NCBI GenBank assembly: GCA_002633005.1
Contig: NMRA01000646.1
Location: 1-64,000 of the forward strand
Length of the DNA: 64,000 nt
Direction of reading: 5' to 3'
Source: Phoronis australis
Taxonomy: Eukaryota; Animalia; Phoronida
Made by a program: the position numbers and the translations under genes. Shown here one piece after another: positions 38,801 to 51,788 of the stretch (the first letter of the stretch is position 1; each line of letters begins with the position of its first letter). Under the pieces are notes generated by a model. It searched no databases and was not told the DNA's origin. It saw only the letters and a program-made list of their open reading frames with translations.

Positions 38801-41800
38801 TCCCTTGTTATAATACTGGTCATATTTCAGTGAGTGCATTTTGTCTTGCAGGTTGGAAGCAGTGTGGCAGTCTGAATTTAGCCCGAACCAAGGACAGACT
38901 GACCATGTTTAAACGATTGAACGCTGTTGGCAGGTACTGAGTGTGAAATTTCTGTTGATAACAAATAACATCTGTTGTAATAGTAGTCAGCTTACACATT
39001 GTTTAAATATCCATAGAAAAAAAATAACGCGCCAAACTTGGAAAAATCTCTTGTTTCAACAAAAAAGCACAATCATGTTGCTACAAACAGTAAGGCATTA
39101 TTTTCCTGCTCACTGTAGGTTTTTGTGATCATCGAGGATTTGAAAAATATATGATTTTATGGGATGACAAGTTTTATTTTTAAAAGATATTTTAAAAAGT
39201 GTGACCCTTGCTAGTGAAGATGTCCAATTACTTTAATATTAGAAAGGCTAAGCTACAAATTTGATTATGAAACTATTAAACTGTCATGGTGAAATACAGT
39301 GTCCCTGTCTGTCAATGCTTGATTTCATGTTGTGGCCCATTTGCTCTCTCTTTATTGGCAGTTGTGCACACGAATACTGTCACAGAAACCTTGAAAGACA
39401 TGTCTACCTTCACATCAAAACACAATTTCTAGCGAGACCACTTTTTAACATATTCTCACGTGAACACCCCATAAGAGCACGGCCTTCGTGTACTTAGAAC
39501 ATACCTTGAAATCTTACAGAGTCAGTAATATTGAGTGTCAGTTGATCACAGCAAGGGATACTCTGGAGAGGGCGCCATTGATCGAGTCTGCTGATATCCA
39601 GGTGAGTTAGAATGATGTGCTAGATCTTATTTGTGGACCCTCTTGTTTGAGTTGATATTTGAGTACTCAATCAAAACATACTCCAGGAATCATTGGTAAC
39701 AATATATCAACTCAAAACAGATATTTGTTTTCGTTTGTGCTTTTGGTCAAGCTCATGTATACGATTGTCTCTAGTGAAGTTTTCGTATATATAAAGTATA
39801 TATAATTTTATGTCATCGTGTTCGGTTCTCAGTGAATCCAACGTTGTGAAATATCCATGGATGAAAGAAATACTAGTTCATCTACACATCATCTTGACCT
39901 CTTGCTACAACATAATCAAGTGGAAAATGCTTTTCTTGATTTCTATAATTTTGTTTCTGAGTTCTGCATTGGTTGTTTGCTATTCAAAAACTTTCAATTT
40001 CTTTAATTTCAAAACGAAACAAAACTCGGCATCTACTAAACAAGGTTACGCCATGCTCGCATATTAAAAATATCTCTGTTAGCCAATAGGTAGAACAAAT
40101 ACTTACTTTCGAGCTGTTTATGGGAACTTTGCGTGGCTTTAAATCATAGTTGAAGTATAAAGTTGTTTTTGCAACTGAGACATATCTTGTCCATGTTCCA
40201 GGGCAGTCTGTGGATCCCAGGAGATGGCGTTGTCAACGCTAGTGGGCTCACACAAACTCTACAAAGACATGCACAGAATGCAGGTTGGCTTTTTAAACAC
40301 ATGTTTTGGATAAGATTTCTCTGTCAAGTGTTTTGTTTTCTTGCAATGTGCTGTGGATTAAAAGTTGGTGTTAGTAAATTATTAAAGTGAGTGGATACTT
40401 CAGGCACACCTGTCGTTATTTTTCACAGAATTGTCTCATTTCATTTAGATTTCAGCTTATATTGTAGTTATACTTACCGATTAAAATTGCTGTATTTTTG
40501 GTGCAACTTTAACCTATGATTTATTAGGTCATCCTTCATCGATATTATGGGTCCCTTTATTTCTCGACAGGTATTCAGTTTTTTGAGAAGTGTGAAGTTG
40601 AAGACGTGCTGACTGTTAATAGCAAGGTATCGGGTGTGAAGACCAACAGGGGTCACATCAAGTGTGAATACTTGGTTAATTGTGCTGGGCAGGTAAATAA
40701 TCTCGTTTCACTTGGTCACTCATAATAGCGTTATATTCTTTGTTTGGCCGTCAGTTTAAATTCTCCATACTTCATGGCCTCTGCATTATATAGACCATCT
40801 CTGACATTGAGCTTATTCTCAGGTTAGCTGAAGTACTAGCCCAGCCAAATTTCTGTTACCGATAGTGTGCCTGTGACCATTTAGACCTTTCCTTTTCCCT
40901 CACATACTTCACACTGGGCATAGCTAAAGTCTAGTTCTGTTAGACACAAAATAGCTTCTTTAACTATATTGAAATTATTGGCTATACAGTCAACTATGAG
41001 TTATTGGAGCTCAATAATATTAGCTTTCTGTAAATGTCAAGCCGCGTACAATGTCATCTTTACAACAATTTTTTTCTGGTCTATTTTACAGTTCTTAGGG
41101 CACGTTTACATTAATTTCTCTCAACTGCTCTATGGAATGAGTGGACTTATTGATTGACTGTCCCAAACAGGAAATCGATGGTTTTACAGTGACCTAATTA
41201 TCACAGTGTGGGACTTTAATACTGCTTTTATGTATGGTTGGTTACAGTGGGCTCGTCAGCTAGGTAAGCATAGCAAGCCATCGGTGCGGGTACCTCTACA
41301 TGCCTGTGAACACCAGTACGTGATCACCAAACCCATGGCTGGAGTGGACAGCACGANAGTTGGCAGTTGTGCATAATTAGAATACTTTCACTGAAAGCTT
41401 AAAAGTCGTGTCTACCTTCACATCAAAACACAATTTCTAGCTAGACCACTTTTTAACATAATTATTCTCATGTGAACACCCCATAACATCACATTCTTCG
41501 TGTACTCTCAACATACCTTGAAACCTTACAGAGTCAGTAATATTGATTGTCAGTTGGTCACAGCAAAGGATACTCTGGAGAGGGCGCCACTGATTGAGTC
41601 TGCTGATATCCAGGTGAGTTAGAATGATGTGCTATATCTTATTTGTGGACCCTCTTTTTGAATTGATAACTGAGTACTCAATTAAAACATACTCTAGGAA
41701 TCATTGGTAAGAATGTATCAACTCAAAGCATATTATTTGTTTTCGTTTGTGCTTTAAGTCAAGCTCATGTATACAATAGTCTCTAGTGAAGTTTTCGTAT

Positions 41801-44800
41801 GTACAAAAAATATGAAAATGTCATCGTGTTTGGTTCTCAGTGAATCCAATGTTGTGAAATATCCATGGATGAAAGAAATACAGTTCTTCTACTCGTCATC
41901 TTGACATGTCGGCACAACATAATCAAGTGGAAAATGCTTTTCTTGATTTCTATATGTTTCTGAGTTCTGCATTGGTTGTTTGCTATTCAAAAACTTTCAA
42001 TTTCTTTTCAAAACGAAACAAAACTCATCATCAACTAAACAAGGTTACGCCATGCACGCATATTAAAAATATCTCTGTTAGCCAATAAGTAGAACAGATA
42101 CTTACTTTCAAGCTGTTTATGGGAACTTTGCGTGGCTTTAAATCATAGTTGAAGGATAAAGTTGTTTTTGCAACTGAGACATATCTTGTTCATGTTCCAG
42201 GGCAGTCTGTGGATCCCAGGAGATGGCGTTGTCAATGCTAGTGGGCTCACACGAACTCTACAAAGACATGCACAGAATGCAGGTTGGCTTTTTATACGCA
42301 TGTTTTAGAAAGATTTTTTTCTGTCAAGTGTTTTGTTTTCTTGCAATGTTCTGTGGATTAAAAGTTGGTGTTAGTAAATTATTAAAGTGAGTGGTTACTT
42401 CAGGCACACCTGTCGTTATTTTTCACAGAATTGTCTCATTTCATTTAGATTTCAGCTTATATTGTAGTTATACTTACCGATTAAAATTGCTGTATTTTTG
42501 GTGCAACTTTAACCTATGATTTATTAGGTCATCCTTCATCGATATTATGGGTCCCTTTATTTCTCGACAGGTATTCAGTTTTTTGAGAAGTGTGAAGTTG
42601 AAGACGTGCTGACTGTTAATAGCAAGGTATCGGGTGTGAAGACCAACAGGGGTCACATCAAGTGTGAATACTTGGTTAATTGTGCTGGGCAGGTAAATAA
42701 TCTCGTTTCACTTGGTCACTCATAATAGCGTTATATTCTTTGTTTGGCCGTCAGTTTAAATTCTCCATACTTCATGGCCTCTGCATTATATAGACCATCT
42801 CTGACATTGAGCTTATTCTCAGGTTAGCTGAAGTACTAGCCCAGCCAAATTTCTGTTACCGATAGTGTGCCTGTGACCATTTAGACCTTTCCTTTTCCCT
42901 CACATACTTCACACTGGGCATAGCTAAAGTCTAGTTCTGTTAGACACAAAATAGCTTCTTTAACTATATTGAAATTATTGGCTATACAGTCAACAATGAG
43001 TTATTGGAGCTCAATAATATTAGCTTTCTGTAAATGTTAAGCCGCGTACAATGTCATCTTTACAACAATTTTTTTCTGGTCTATTTTACAGATCTTAGGG
43101 CACGTTTACATTAATTTCTCTCAACTGCTCTATGGAATGAGTAGACTTATTGATTGACTGTCCCAAACAGGAAATCGATGGTTTTACAGTGACCTAATTA
43201 TCACAGTGTGGGACTTTAATACTGCTTTTATGTATGGTTGATTACAGTGGGCTCGTCAGCTAGGTAAGCGTAGCAAGCCATCGGTGCGGGTACCTCTACA
43301 TGCCTGTGAACACCAGTACGTGATCACCAAACCCATGGCTGGAGTGGACAGCACGATGCCAGGTGGGTTGTCTGTGCTCTTGGTGGGCTTATTATCCAAC
43401 ACTGTGATACAGTGTTCACAGCATGTGGGCTAACATCATGCATTGGATCAGTTAGGCAACAAACAGTATTTTCAAAAACATTTTATAGTTCCTTGTACGC
43501 CACTTTATAATATCTGCATAGTGTCATTGCATCCAGCGGTGTTATTACATAATCACAAAATTGCACACAGACGGCTCCATCAAACCAAAACTGGCAAATA
43601 ATCAGTTGTTCTTTTGTAGTCAACTTCTTACAACATAGTGGTAGTGCTGAGTATTTCCAAAAATAGGTCCACTCAAAAGTACCCCCATGGAGGTATTTTT
43701 GGAAAATCTTCCTAAAGTAATTGTTTGCATGTTTTAAACATTTTATGGATTGCTTTGAAATACATATATGATATGTTTTGATGTAATTTTTTTTTTTGAT
43801 TTTGGCAAGACATTGTATTTCGGAATCGAGATTTCACAGACAGTTATCAAGGGATGGGGTGGCTTTGTTAGTAACTAAACCATATTTCTTATTTTGAAAA
43901 CAGCCTTTAGTAAATAATTACTGGTATTTTTTTTCTTTAAAACTGTATTTTGAGAGTTTCTGAAAGTATGCCCGGGTATATATTCGATTTTATGTGACGT
44001 TTTTGAAAGGTCATTCTCCAAATATCCGTCAATGGGCTTATTTCCGTAAGTTTCCGGCGTAATTTTGTGTCAGTTTTGACTATTACTTTGTAGTTCACAA
44101 AGAAAATAGCAAGCCATGCTGTGCAGTTATTAGCCTTCAAAACCTTTGTACTGCGTACATGCGATGCTACTTAACATAGTGTACACTTGTTACAATCCTG
44201 CACCTTCTATCCTCGCTTATTGTCCACAGTTATCCGAGACTATGATGGACGCGTCCATATCCGAGAGTACGGTGGAGGACTGCTGGTGGGGGGCTTCGAG
44301 CAGGTAGCCAAACCTGTCTTCCACGATTACGTACCATCCAACCTTGAGTTCACAACACTCCCTGAAGATTGGGATCAGTTCCGTACGTGATCTTACCACA
44401 CACAGTAGTGACAGCAAATCTCAGTGTCTACTAGGTGGCGCTAGTGACAAAAATACATTTTACTATGAGTATTAAATGGAGAGACATTGATATTCTAAAA
44501 TTTTTTTTTTATTGTATGAGTAATGAAAGAAGTGTGTAGGACTGTTGTTTCACTCGTGCCTCTTATTAATTTACCAGCTCTTCATTGCAGAACTTAATAG
44601 GTTGTCCCAAAAAAATTACTCCCACTTTAGTTCATTGCTGGGCATTCAAATTCAGCTCCTGTGAATCAGACTCTGCCCTCGGGCCTACTGTAAGGTTAAG
44701 CTCTGTTGTGAAAGAAGGCGCGTGAGCCAAGAATGGTTACCAAATTACTTAGTTTTGAAGAACAAAGTTTAAACATTTATTGTGCAGTGCTACTGGAAAC

Positions 44801-47800
44801 TCAGAAATGCCAAGTAAGTGCCGAGACAATTTAAAAGATATTTTCACAATGCATTTATTTTGGTTTATAAACTATAAGACTAAATTCCTTTTTTGATCGT
44901 CTCTATGAATTTAGTCCAGTAACCGTGCTCCTGTGTCAATAAACAATGCAGTTATTGTTTTTTAGTTTTAGTACATTTTTGGGACATCCCTTATGTTTTG
45001 TGGGTAGGTTTTAAAGCCGCGAGAAATCATTTTTAAAGTGTATTAGACGTTATAAACATTTATGTAACATTGCTGTAGTCGTCATTGTCTAGAATAAACT
45101 GTAAGTAGCTTAAAGATAAGTTGGTTAGTTAAAACTCAGTATAATATTGTTTTAGAAGTTTCTATTCATGGTTCATTTTTAGATTTGTTCACTTCTTTAT
45201 TGTTATTAATAGATCTAATTAAAAAACTCCTATGGTCTCTGTCACCCTTTTGTTACAGAGGTGCTGCTTGAGCAAGCTCTGCTGAGGATACCCTCTCTGA
45301 GACAAGCACAGGTTCACGCTTTTATCAATGCCTCAGAGAGTTTTACACCTGATGGAAAAATGATATTTGGCAGGTGTCCAGAGGTACGTTCTTGCCGATA
45401 TTTGGGTATTTCAATAGACAATATTCAAGTGACAGTGTAATATCTTGTCTACCTAAAATGACGTTTTGCAAACTTTTGATTTGTTGCATTACAGTACACC
45501 CCCATTTTGGTTCATATGAGTTCATATCAGGCTGATGATAAATTATCGTCATTCATGGCATCGTTCATCGAAAACCGCTGCTAATTGTTTATCATTTCTA
45601 TGTGATAAGAAATCATTACCACAATCAAAGATAGACCTTTGATGAAAAATAATATCACCAGACTATAAACTGTTATCAACCATTTTTATCATAGTAAGTG
45701 TAGTCGCGTAATTTGACCAATAGTGAATCAAATAAACACAGAAAAATCAGGAATCCCAACTGGGAGTCGAACCACAGGTCTCTAGATTGCCATGGTTCAA
45801 TTTCTAGTTAGGGTTCCTGATTTTTATCGTGTATTTCATTCACTATTGGCCAACCTCAGCAGATATCTAATTTACAAACACTGGTAAATTGCTGATCATG
45901 TATAATTGTCGAAATCTCGTGTGAAAAAAGAGTAATGACACTCATGGAATGGATGGCAAAACAGTTGGCTTCAAACAGTAACTACACAGATATTGGATCA
46001 ATATGATCTGAAACACGGGAAATTGAGTGGAAACATACAAAGAAGTACACAGTATGAGTAAAACCCTGTGTTCAGTGTCACATCTGAGGACTGTTTTGGC
46101 CCACATTAGCCATATCCATTCATCCCTGTATTATCATGATGTTACGACACACACAGACCGTCTGATAACTTGGTCTGACGGGGCCCAAAACTGGTAATTT
46201 TTAATACCATTAATTTTTGTGTGCTGCTGTATTGCTTTAATGCAATGCCTGCACTTTTTTAATTAATTGTGTTTTAAAGTTGCAGTAAACCTAACATTTG
46301 ATTTGGTCTATTTACAGAAATAAAACTAAACTAAGCTCGTTCATTATCTCGTATCAGTTTAGTTCTGTAGCAGCCCTTCATTCATTTGACACAAACTTGA
46401 TTGAAGACAGCTCTGTACTTTCTGAGCAACTGCACATCAAACTGTCCAACAGAGAGCACTGTTGTGTTTTTAATCAAGTTTATCTCATTAATAGGAGATT
46501 TCTGGGCTTGGAAATACAGTTGGTTATTGCTTGAGACAACGCTCAATAATCTTGTTTGTAACAACAGTACAGGCTGTGTACCGAGCATGGCCATAAATTC
46601 CATGTTTTACTGAGTAATGAACGAAATCTTGAGTCCAAAGCTTAGTTTCTTTAAGGGAAGGCAGATCTATAGCATCTTCAAATAAGAACAAAATAACAAA
46701 TTTTTAAAAAAGGTTTCACCTGGAAATTTTTAGCATGTCACAGGAGTTGTTTATAAGATCTTAGTGTTTGTGTCAAAATTATGATGTGAGGCTCTGCTTG
46801 AAATCATGAATACCAGGTGGAGAACTACTTTGTCGCCGCCGGAATGCACTGTAATGGAATCTCGACCGCAGGAGGTGTTGGTCAGAGAATGGCCGAACTG
46901 TTGGTCAACGGAAAACCCGGTGTGGAACTGTGGTGTTTAGATGTTAGACGGTTTGTGGAAACAAACAACAACAAGAAATATCTGAAAGAACGCGTGACAG
47001 ATTCGTCAGGTAAACACAGCTGTGTCGTCCCTAAACCAATGAAAGCATTTGGACTGAAACTGTAAACGAGAGAAAACGTTTCTCTGAGCGAATTCACGGT
47101 CATTTTCACAGTCCATTTCTTAAAAGAAGTCGCATGTTATTTGGACAACATTTAACCTAATCTTGCACATACCTCAACTAAACCACTTACTAACCTGGTC
47201 TATCCACCTATTGATCTGCCAATATATATCATACAGGACTGTGTGCAGTTTCCTCATATATACTGCTCATCACTTCAGTCTTAACTGCGGTCAGTTTTCC
47301 TAAATAATTTGCACGTTTGCTTAATATGTTAGTAATATTGCCACTAGTGTTCCAAATGCTTTCCTTGGTCTCAAACCTGTTTACTTTGCCGTAGTTCATT
47401 TTAATTAATGTCTACCGCATAAATTTAGGTCAAGAACTATTTTACTGCGGCTGGAATGTGCGGCAGTGGTGTGACGGTTGCTGGGGGCGTCGGTCAACAG
47501 ATCGCCGAACTGATCATACATGTACTGCCCAGTGTGTGCATTTGGCCAATTGATATACGTCGATTTGTTGATTTACATAACAACAGCAAGTACTTGAAAG
47601 AGCGTGTACGAGAAACTCTAGGTATTGAGCCAACTCGCTTTTGGGCTTTCTGTTGCTTTGAACCATGCGTTTCCCCCGGCTTATTTTGACTGCATGGCTG
47701 TTTTGCTGTTTTCAAAGATGGGTGACTGTGCTTGTATTTTGGTATGCATACAAAGTGGTCATTTTTCATTTCAAGGCATCTGCTGTTCTGTTAGTTGGTA

Positions 47801-50800
47801 TCACTGGTTGTTTTTTGCCTTCTATGTAATATGTAACAAGTGTTCTAAGATGTACATCTACAATAAATTTCAAATAGCTTCCTTGCATCATTTCCTGGTA
47901 ACTTTTGGGAAACTTTTACAATGTCAGATCAATTTACTACGCAGAGTCAGTAACCTCTGTTGCATCTAATAGGGATCTCCGTGAACTTCGCATTGAGCAT
48001 TGTACACTGTAGGAACACCTTTTGTCTTCATGATAAGACCTGTCTGTGATGTCCCGGAGGAATTTTGCCCCAAGTGAGTTGCCTCCCATAAGCTAGATGG
48101 CAGCACTAGTCATCAGAACCATAAGATCAGTAGCCGTGCTTCATAAAAGTCTCCCATCAGCCACAATGGTTTTTTGGGTGTCTGGGGAACCAATAATCAG
48201 TTCTTTCTCCCAGAACCAGTCAGGTGCACTGTTGTGCTTTGGAGAAAACCATCTTTCAGTAGAATACAGATAAGGGGCTACTGTTCCAGTGTGACACTTG
48301 ATGTTCACTAGGTGTCGCTAATGGACAAATGCTCTTCCTTTTTCCATCTAGTACATGGAGAACAGAACAATATTTATCTGCATGGGGGTTCAGGTAGGGT
48401 AAGATTACCTGAATTCATGCCTTCATGCAAATAGGACAGTTGTCTAGACAAACACTGACATCTTGTTAGTTTCAAGCTGCTCACTACCGTGATTATATCA
48501 GTCAGTTGATATTATCTGCTGCGCCAGCTTACAAGTGCATCACATGGCTTCGGGTGTCATAACTTGTAACTTTGGCTGTCGGTCCTGTGTGCATGGAACT
48601 CTCATAGTAATACTGGTAATGGTCCAAATCATTTTGTATTTAAAATAATGTATAATAACGTAGAAAATAAATCTAAAACTAAATAAGGTGATCCAGATCC
48701 TCCCAAGGATACTATTGTTTCACGAAATGTATAGGTAAATTGTCATATAGTGTTTGATTTTACTTTATTTCTGTTTCTGTTGACAAAGGACGTTATTATT
48801 CCGAAAATTTCAGTTGATCCATTCTTGTTGTTTTATTTGCCTATTTATAAATAATGTATAATAATGAAAATTTTGGACATTGTTAGCTAAAACAAAAATG
48901 TTGTACTTGACTCGAGTGTTGCATACAGAAATGCTCGCAGTTTGAATTTTTGGTAAACTGAAACGATTAAATCAGAGTACACAGGAACAAGAAATTATTA
49001 TGTAATGTACAAATTATGCCATTTTGATTGTTCATTTTTGACAGTACCTGGTAATGACACGTAGTAAAATGTTGCGTAGTTATATTCAAAGTAAATAGTA
49101 AAGCTATTTTTACCTTGTTTACCTTGTCTCATAATAATCCTTACTTTGAGAGGATTCTATTTCCGTTATTGTGGCCTACTAGACTGGATGAAATGCCACT
49201 TTAATTGTATGCTATGCAATGGTGTAATAGAGAAAATAATGGTGCTATAATAAAAAAGATGCAAAGCAAATGACAAATTAACTTACATGACATTGCCCAT
49301 AAAATACCCTTGTAGGCAAACTTTTTCAAAAAAAAACAAAAAAACAGTGCAGGTGGTCTGATGTCATTTGCGGTGCATCAGCCGTGCGCAGGCCTCAAAA
49401 GCTGGATAAACGTTTCTTGGGTATCACAAATTAACAACGCGTTAACATACATGTTGACTTCAGCAACATAGTGGCACCAAATGTCAAATGTTATGTCGTA
49501 ACAGCCGTTCATCCTTAACTATTAGTTAAATTTGTGTTTATAATATAGAGCATTTAATCAATGGTTCTTATTTTGTTTTATTCTTTTAATCAGACCGTAA
49601 GACCTTGATACCTTGGAATAATTGTTACAGCTAAAAAACTCCATCAAATTTGGTGACAGTCCATGTAAAAGTTAGTTTTAAATGACGTACAGGTAAAGCA
49701 TGGGTCTATTTCACTGTTGTAAGTTGGGTCGACACATTCTGAGACATAAGAACACATTTTGGTTAGGTATGAACATAGGCCCCAGTGGAAGTTGACTTTT
49801 TTCTTCATCAATAACAACTATGGTACATCGTGAGAGGTTACGGTATCAACATCATGTCTCAGATTTTGTTGACTAAGTTGATATTCTAGTATGTGTATTC
49901 TGGTTTGTGTATTTGTAGCTTATGTCAATGCTAGTACACAAGCCTTTGGCAGGCTGTATCACATCGCATGGCAACTGTAATGGCTGGTACATGCTGCTTG
50001 AAACAAAAGTATTAGATAAGTTCTTAGTTTGTGAAGTTGTGTATTAACTTTGAGTGGTCTTCAAATGCACTGTATAGTCTTGTCTATGAAACCCAGTTTT
50101 TAAGAAGATTGTGTTTAATTTTGTCCCATCGCAATAACTGTTATTGATAACTTGAAACAATATGTCTTGGGGATCGTCAGTTTTTGGTAAAACTTTCAGG
50201 ACTTCCAGCAATGATTAACTATCCAGATATGGAACTGAACTCTTCTCGTAAACTGAGGACTTCACCACTCTACACCAGGCTTGAGAGTCATAGTGCTGTC
50301 TTTGGTCAGAGTATGGGCTTTGAGAGGGCTCTCTATTTCAAGGAGGCTCATAATGGTAACATAAGTTTGATGTAATATGGTGTGAAATTACATTCGAGAT
50401 ATTTGTGATGTTCCAGCTTTTAGAAATGTGTTCACAGCTGAATTATTGTGTCTGGATAGCCCGCTCAATGTAAAACAATGGTTTGTCAGTGTGATGGGCA
50501 GAAAAATATGAAAAGACAAACTAAAAATATTTATGCACTATTTCGTTCTCCTTTATCAGTCGTATTGGGTGTTACCACTTCACGGTCTGCTTTGGTTGAT
50601 GTTTTGTTTTGTTATGTTATTCTACGGTGAATTAGGAAAGTGCTAGTAAATTATAAATAGCCAAGGACAATAAACAAACCTTATTATGTTCTAGGTCGAA
50701 AAGTTGAGGAGTAAATTTAAAATAATTTGTAACGTATGAGTCTTGATATGTCATGCCCATCATACCAGACATTTATTGCTGCTAATCTTTCTCTCTCCCT

Positions 50801-51757
50801 CTCTCTGTCTTGGCTGTAGATGACTACTTCCATGTTGAAGAGGCACCGATGAACAGCTTCAGTAAACCCCATTGGTTTGACTATGTGGGTCAGGAGTACT
50901 GGGCATGCAGAGACGGTGTTTGTATGATTGATATGTCCTCATTTTCAAAAATAGATCTGAAGGTGAGACTTCTTAAAGAAAGGCGTTCATAGATCATTTG
51001 CAATAGGTGAAGCATTCTGCAAACCTGCCTTTGTTCATCACATGGGCGGTGCACCCATGGATCATGAAATATTGATTTAGATTTCTGTCCGGTGGTCTCA
51101 ATTCGCTCTTAGCTCAGATGAAGAATGATTCTTCAGGTATGGTAGAATTGATTTTGAGTGACGGCTTAACTGACCATTTAATAGAACTCAGAGACACCTT
51201 CGTTTCCAAGCCACCATTTTACCCGACAAACAGCACGTTGCCTGGTAAAACTTATTGTTTGTTAGTCGACATTACGCAAGGGGGCGGAGCTTGCGATAGG
51301 TCAATTGTCAGGTCTGTAGTACTTGAGACCATTGTCAGCACAGCAATCCACACGCTGTGATGAGCCATCTTATCGACCCTGATCTCGAGCAATAACGATC
51401 TGTCATCGCATGAATTGACCCTTGTTCAAGTTAGGAGCAAGTTAAGATCAGGGGCTCATTCCAGAAAACTGACTTAGCTGAGACAAATCTTAAACTTATG
51501 TCAAATTTAAGATAGCTTTTAAGTCAAAGTTTGAAGATTGAGACAAAGTTGGTTTCTTGGAACAGGCCCTGATTTATGGTATCAAGGGTTCTCAATAAAA
51601 AGTTTTTATTTTAACGAAGTCTGCTTAATGAACGTTTAAGTTATGTTATGTTATAAATAATTACATCTTAATATTTCTTTTGTCATTTGTACAGAAGTAA
51701 TTGCCTCCTTATATATTTACCTTGTGAACCTATGTATGGCCTTTATTACAGAAGTAA

Positions 51758-51788
<31 letters not shown>

